Below, in pieces: positions 59,328 through 64,000 of a DNA stretch of 64,000 bases (positions within the stretch are counted from its first letter, which is position 1; each line of letters begins with the position of its first letter). This DNA comes from Atribacterota bacterium. Lineage in GTDB: Bacteria > Atribacterota > Phoenicimicrobiia > Phoenicimicrobiales > Stramentimicrobiaceae. Below the pieces are notes generated by a model. That model ran no database searches and was not told the DNA's origin. It saw nothing but the letters and a program-made list of their open reading frames with translations. The position numbers and the translations under genes were made by a program. The stretch is from contig JAXGNR010000007.1 in the NCBI GenBank assembly GCA_040767965.1, forward strand, positions 122,110-186,109. Direction: 5' to 3'.

Positions 59328-60470
59328 TTAATTAATCAAATTATGGTAAGCATTCATAAAATAGCGATCGGTCATTGAAGCCAGATAATCAATCACTATT
59401 TCTTCCGGTGAATATTCCTGCAAATAGCGAGATCCTTTTTGTTTCCCTCGATTGAAAATCCATTCCTGAAATACAATTGATTCTGTATTGATGTTTTTGA
59501 TGTCCTCTACAAAGCGCTTAAATAAATAGTAAAATGCTTTCCTTATTTTCTCTTTTTCTTTTTTTAATGACTGGTTTTCATAAATGTGCTGAAGATTAAA
59601 TTTTTTTAACTGAAAAACCTGTTCTGCGATATGTTTTGAATAGCTGATTTCATTTTTACCCAAAGATTGCTGGATGACATCCTGGACTAAATTATTTATT
59701 ATTTCACTATTACTATCTCCCAGGTTTTCTCTTATATCACCTGGTAAATCATTTTTCTTTATCAAGCCTATTCTAATTGCATCTTCAAAGTCTTGTCCGA
59801 TATAAGAAATGGAATCTGTTATTCTAACCAGGCATCCTTCCAGTGTTGAGGGAAGAATTATTGTTTTTTTGCCTTCCCGCTTGTTTTTTATATATTCCTG
59901 AATATCTTTCTCTGTTTTTGAGGGATCGGGACAGACAACTTTTTCATTCACTTCTCCATCATGAGAAATAATTCCATCTCTAACCTGAAAAGTTAAATTC
60001 ATCCCTTTGTTTGCATTAGAAAGAACATCAACTATTCTTAAACTATGAACATTATGGAAAAAAAGGCCAAGATTGTATTCTCTGCATATGTCCTGTAAAA
60101 TTCTTTCCCCATCATGCCCAAATGGAGCATGCCCTAAATCATGACCCAAAGCAATAGCTTCAATTAGATCCAGATTCAATCTCAATACTTTTCCAATAGA
60201 TCTGGCAATCTGAGACACTTGCAAAGTATGAATACTCCTGTTTGCCAGTTGTTCATCGAAACTGGCAGCATTGTAGATTACCTGGGTCTTACCGATATAA
60301 CGCCTGAAAGAACCTGAATAAAGAATATGGTCCCTATCTCTAGAAAAAGGTCCTCTTAATGAATGACTGATTGGGTTTTTCCTTTTAGCAAAACAGTTTT
60401 TAGCAGCAAATATTGACAATTCCTGGTCTTCCTTATCAAGAATTTCTTTTTTAAATTGAATTTCGTCCAT
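59328..60470 (-). CDS. dGTP triphosphohydrolase-like HD protein
   Basis: FSRDRDHI..S.SFRR...KTQV, R.IHT.QV, GHDLGHAPFGHDGE, D.ISY...D.ED, DYLASMTDRY. Confidence 0.88.
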   Translation of the reverse strand: MDEIQFKKEILDKEDQELSIFAAKNCFAKRKNPISHSLRGPFSRDRDHILYSGSFRRYIGKTQVIYNAASFDEQLANRSIHTLQVSQIARSIGKVLRLNLDLIEAIALGHDLGHAPFGHDGERILQDICREYNLGLFFHNVHSLRIVDVLSNANKGMNLTFQVRDGIISHDGEVNEKVVCPDPSKTEKDIQEYIKNKREGKKTIILPSTLEGCLVRITDSISYIGQDFEDAIRIGLIKKNDLPGDIRENLGDSNSEIINNLVQDVIQQSLGKNEISYSKHIAEQVFQLKKFNLQHIYENQSLKKEKEKIRKAFYYLFKRFVEDIKNINTESIVFQEWIFNRGKQKGSRYLQEYSPEEIVIDYLASMTDRYFMNAYHNLIN

Positions 60471-60473
60471 AAA

Positions 60474-61187
60474 CTAGCTCCTGACCATTTTATTTTTATG
60501 ATATTGCTCAGCCTGCAGGTGAAAAAGGGAAGTCTTTTCAAAAAAAGAAAAAAGAGGGCAATCTTCACATTCAGGATTATTCTTTTTGCAATATTTCTTC
60601 CCGATCATTACAATTTGGGCATGAAATTCATTATAGATTAAAGAGTCTCTTGGTAATTTATCCATAAAATAATCCTGGATTTGCCGATATTTGTATTCTG
60701 TGGAAAAATACTGATGCCTCTGGAAAATTCTTGAGGTATAAGCATCTACCACAAATATTGGTTTACCCCCGGCATACAATAAAATACTATCTGCCGTTTC
60801 CGGACCTACTCCATTAATATTCAACAGCTTCTCTCTTAAGTTATACAATTCATCACTAAACATTTTTTCAGGAGATCCAGCATATTCTTTATAAAAAAAA
60901 CTAATAAAATTTTTGAGTCTTTTGGCTTTTAAATTATGATATCCGCATGGTTTTATTAGCTCACTTAAAGACTGTTCTTTTATATAATAAAGTGGTTTGA
61001 CATCAAGCAATTTTTTTGCTTTGAGATTACAGATGGCCTTACTGACATTTTGCCAATTAGTATTTTGGGTTAGAATTGCTCCAACCATTATTTCTAATTC
61101 AGAGTCACCAGGCCACCATCTTAGCGGACCAAAATAATTTCTCAAATATTTATGCAAATTTAATAAATTTTTACTCATTACATCCAA
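60474..61187 (-). CDS. Endonuclease III-related HhH-GPD protein
   Basis: WWPG, GAILTQNTNW, GVGPETADSILLYA, FVVDAY, C-terminal C-x6-C-x2-C cluster motif. Confidence 0.88.
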   Translation of the reverse strand: MDVMSKNLLNLHKYLRNYFGPLRWWPGDSELEIMVGAILTQNTNWQNVSKAICNLKAKKLLDVKPLYYIKEQSLSELIKPCGYHNLKAKRLKNFISFFYKEYAGSPEKMFSDELYNLREKLLNINGVGPETADSILLYAGGKPIFVVDAYTSRIFQRHQYFSTEYKYRQIQDYFMDKLPRDSLIYNEFHAQIVMIGKKYCKKNNPECEDCPLFSFFEKTSLFHLQAEQYHKNKMVRS

Positions 61188-61228
61188 TAATTTATTCTAT
61201 ATTATTTTTAAAAAATATTACTTTTTAT

Positions 61229-62296
61229 TTATAGATTACATTGTTGTAAAAACTCAGCCTGATGTATGTTTTCTAAAAAGCAAACCAGCAACTGTATAGT
61301 TGATTCAATATCATCACGATGACACATTTCCACTACAGAATGCAGGTAGCGGGATGGAATGGAAATACCTCCAGTAATAACACCTTTACGTGATTTTTGA
61401 ATAGAACCAGCGTCTGTTCCCCCTCTTTCCATTACATCAACCTGATAAGGAATATTATTTTCTTCAGCTAATTTCTTTAAATATCCAAATAAACCTCTAT
61501 GGGCAATCATAGAAGAATTTAATACTGCAATAGAAGTTCCCTTCCCAAGTGTGCACCCTCTTTCTTCTTCTCTGATACCCGGGGTGTCCATGGCAATGGT
61601 TACGTCTAAGGCTATCCCTATATCAGGTTCTATGTTGTAAGAAGAGATTACCGCTCCTCTCAATCCTACTTCTTCTTGGGATGTTGCTACAGCATAAATG
61701 TCCACTTGATGATTTTTAACTCGCTTTAAAGCTTCAATAATTACATAAACACCCACTCTATTATCTAGAGCCAGGGATGTTATTGTTTTACCATTCATTA
61801 AAACAAAATCCCGGTCAAAGGTAATATAATCTCCTGGTTGTACAAGATTTTCTAATTCTTCTTTAGTTAACCCGGTATCGATATAAAAATCTCTCATATC
61901 AGGAGCTTTCTTTTTTTCTGCTTCTTCTATTACATGAATAGGCTTTGATCCTATAACTCCAATTATATCCTTTTCTCCGTGTACTATCACCCTTTGAGCA
62001 ACTAATGTTTTTGGATCAAAACCTCCAATTCTGGCAAATCGGATAAATCCATTTTTATCAATTGATTTAACCAAAAATCCTATTTGATCCATATGAGCTG
62101 CCAGCATTATTTTCAGTCTATTTTCTTCAGGTTTGCCTTTTGCAGGTCTTTTAATGGCAATAACATTATCAAGGCAATCTGTCTTTATTTCATCACAGAT
62201 GCCTTCAAATTCTTTTTTTAACAGACTTGCTATTTGACTTTCATATCCTGATATGCCTGGTGTTTCACAAATCTTTTTTAACAATTGCATTGTCAT
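61229..62296 (-). CDS. M42 family metallo-aminopeptidase
   Basis: PGISGYE, AAHMDQIG, ALDNRVG, QEEVGLRGA, GGTDAG, RYLHS. Confidence 0.93.
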   Translation of the reverse strand: MTMQLLKKICETPGISGYESQIASLLKKEFEGICDEIKTDCLDNVIAIKRPAKGKPEENRLKIMLAAHMDQIGFLVKSIDKNGFIRFARIGGFDPKTLVAQRVIVHGEKDIIGVIGSKPIHVIEEAEKKKAPDMRDFYIDTGLTKEELENLVQPGDYITFDRDFVLMNGKTITSLALDNRVGVYVIIEALKRVKNHQVDIYAVATSQEEVGLRGAVISSYNIEPDIGIALDVTIAMDTPGIREEERGCTLGKGTSIAVLNSSMIAHRGLFGYLKKLAEENNIPYQVDVMERGGTDAGSIQKSRKGVITGGISIPSRYLHSVVEMCHRDDIESTIQLLVCFLENIHQAEFLQQCNL

Positions 62297-62341
62297 TTAT
62301 ATTCTCCTTTCCGGTATTTTTTAAATAATCATTTTTATTTA

Positions 62342-62851
62342 CTAATTAATATTTTCTTTTTGAAATTCCTTTTGAAAATATTTTTTTAATTCCTCAAGAG
62401 ATTTCCTGGGATCTTCAACAAATATTTTTGATCCACTTATAATATCCACAAAGCCCAGTTCGTTTTTATAACGTGGGACAATATGCAAGTGTAAATGTTT
62501 AATACTGGCACCAGAATTTTCTCCCAGGTTATATCCAACATTAAAGCTCTGTGCATTATATGCAGATTGTAATACTTTAATAGATAAAACAGATAATTTG
62601 TGCATTTCCAAAACTTCTTCATCAGTCAAATCCTGTAAACATTCAAGATGTCTATTAGGGAAAATCATCAGATGTCCCGGGTTGTATGGATATATATTAA
62701 GGGCTATAGTCATTAGAGAAGTTTTAAAGATGGTTGAGTCAAATACTCTTTGATCATTATTTAAAATAGCACATAGTATACAATTTACTTCAGGCCGCTT
62801 ACCCCGGACATAATCAATTTTGGAAGGTATAAATAAATGTTTTTTCATCAT
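62342..62851 (-). CDS. HIT family hydrolase
   Basis: CILC, NIYPYNPGHLMI.P.RH, FNVGYNLG..SGASI.HLHLHIVPR. Confidence 0.92.
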   Translation of the reverse strand: MMKKHLFIPSKIDYVRGKRPEVNCILCAILNNDQRVFDSTIFKTSLMTIALNIYPYNPGHLMIFPNRHLECLQDLTDEEVLEMHKLSVLSIKVLQSAYNAQSFNVGYNLGENSGASIKHLHLHIVPRYKNELGFVDIISGSKIFVEDPRKSLEELKKYFQKEFQKENIN

Positions 62852-62889
62852 GATATTATTAATATTTTTTGAAATTATATTTATTAATT

Positions 62890-63615
62890 TTATTTTTTAA
62901 CAACGATTGAACCATCTACAATTACCGGTATATGCTTATAAATATCTCTCTGGGCACAATAGACTAAATCTTTTTCTAACCCTATTTGCAGAAGGTGTTT
63001 CCCCCAGATACTATCTTTCATAATTTTAAATAAATTAAGACTATATTTTTTATACATCTGTGTAGCAATTAAAGAATCATCATACTGGTATTTTTTTCTT
63101 TCCTTTTTATTATCGTACAATTCTAAAATCATACCGGCACAAACAGTATCTTCCAATGATACATTCCCTCTATCACCGGCACATGCTATTAAAATATCAT
63201 TTGGATAAGAAAGACAATAATCTGCAACAGCCTGCACATTTAAAAAACAACCCACAATTATTTCTTGGGCATCTTGCACTATTTCCATGGTTCTAACACC
63301 ATTGGTGGTTGTTAAAATAATATTTTTCCCCTGAATTATATTATTTTTATACTCTAAAGGTGAATTCCCCAGATCAAAACCTGGTAACCTCTCACCTTTT
63401 CTTTCTCCTCCCAGCAGCGCTTCTTTATAATTTGAACTTTCTATTCTTTCTCTTGCCTTTTGAGGTGAATAGACAGGGGTAATGCTGTTTGCACCTTCTG
63501 CCAGAGCAGTTGTAATAGTGCTGCTTGCACGTAAAACGTCTATTACCACAACTAATGTATTGGTAATATCCTTCTGTTTTAGCTCTTCAGGTAATAAAAT
63601 TACTTCTAATCCCAT
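62890..63615 (-). CDS. comB: 2-phosphosulfolactate phosphatase family
   Basis: VVIDVLRASSTI, GGER.G....GFDLGNSP, TTTNG, SLED.VCAG. Confidence 0.92.
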   Translation of the reverse strand: MGLEVILLPEELKQKDITNTLVVVIDVLRASSTITTALAEGANSITPVYSPQKARERIESSNYKEALLGGERKGERLPGFDLGNSPLEYKNNIIQGKNIILTTTNGVRTMEIVQDAQEIIVGCFLNVQAVADYCLSYPNDILIACAGDRGNVSLEDTVCAGMILELYDNKKERKKYQYDDSLIATQMYKKYSLNLFKIMKDSIWGKHLLQIGLEKDLVYCAQRDIYKHIPVIVDGSIVVKK

Positions 63616-63658
63616 AATTTAACCCTAACTTTCCGGAAAATAGAAACTCTTTCTTTTA

Positions 63659-64000
63659 TTAAGCTCCGTACTTATTTAATTTTAAAGCATTGGCCAGCAT
63701 TAATTGTATTGCTTCTACTGCAGGAAAATGTCCCAATCCACCTTTTATAAACTCAATCTCGCTAAAATGCTGCACTTCATCCACCCTAATATAACGAGAA
63801 TACAACAAAAATGGGTTTGGATGCCAGCTATGGGCAGCTAAAGGAGTAGGAGTAGAATGGTCTGCAGTAATAACCAGTACATCAGGATTTAATTCATCAA
63901 GCTGAGGAATATATCTATCTAATTCTTCAATAACTTTTACTTTAGCATCAAAGTTTCCATCTTCACCATAACTATCAGTTTTTTTTATATGTACATAAAA
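63659..64000 (-). CDS. apgM: BPG-independent phosphoglycerate mutase (ApgM type), C-terminal part
   Basis: Not in the ORF track; my translation [26 protein letters not shown]...ITADHSTP...HSWHPNP...[11 protein letters not shown]. Confidence 0.9.
   Translation of the reverse strand, partial: FYVHIKKTDSYGEDGNFDAKVKVIEELDRYIPQLDELNPDVLVITADHSTPTPLAAHSWHPNPFLLYSRYIRVDEVQHFSEIEFIKGGLGHFPAVEAIQLMLANALKLNKYGA

Overview
AT-rich bacterial chromosome segment from a probable anaerobe. Gene content and style suggest an Atribacterota/JS1-like or Firmicutes-like lineage; this is inference, not checked by search. Left part (1-37 kb) is mostly metabolism: an alpha-glucoside ABC binding protein, a fused trehalose-6-P synthase/phosphatase, FbaB aldolase, an hdrC-hdrB-fdhA unit, a PEGA protein, HU/Asp23/SpoVS, a radical SAM gene, an ISLre2-type IS with visible inverted repeats and a near-perfect 9-bp target duplication, trkAH and glycerate kinase. 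It also has a pur operon with TWO tandem purL genes under a tandem guanine + ykkC/PRPP-type riboswitch, and a homocysteine methyltransferase + RACo corrinoid activator + TauE cluster. At 37.7-39.6 kb is a compact, self-contained DUF1659-DUF2922-holin-M15 peptidase-YvrJ cassette with no other phage genes and an inverted heptamer-repeat leader; this is the best candidate for an undescribed secretion/lysis system. 40.5-56.3 kb is a c-di-GMP signalling island: degenerate and intact HD-GYPs, a hybrid kinase with CheR, two GGDEF cyclases, a globin/bilin-like + CarH-type B12 sensor, and a divergent SigB-like sigma factor and a Cys-rich lipoprotein each behind a c-di-GMP-I riboswitch. The right end holds housekeeping genes (TPR, M23, dGTPase-like HD, EndoIII-like, M42, HIT, ComB, ApgM). 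All family calls come from motif recognition by eye; no database searches were run.
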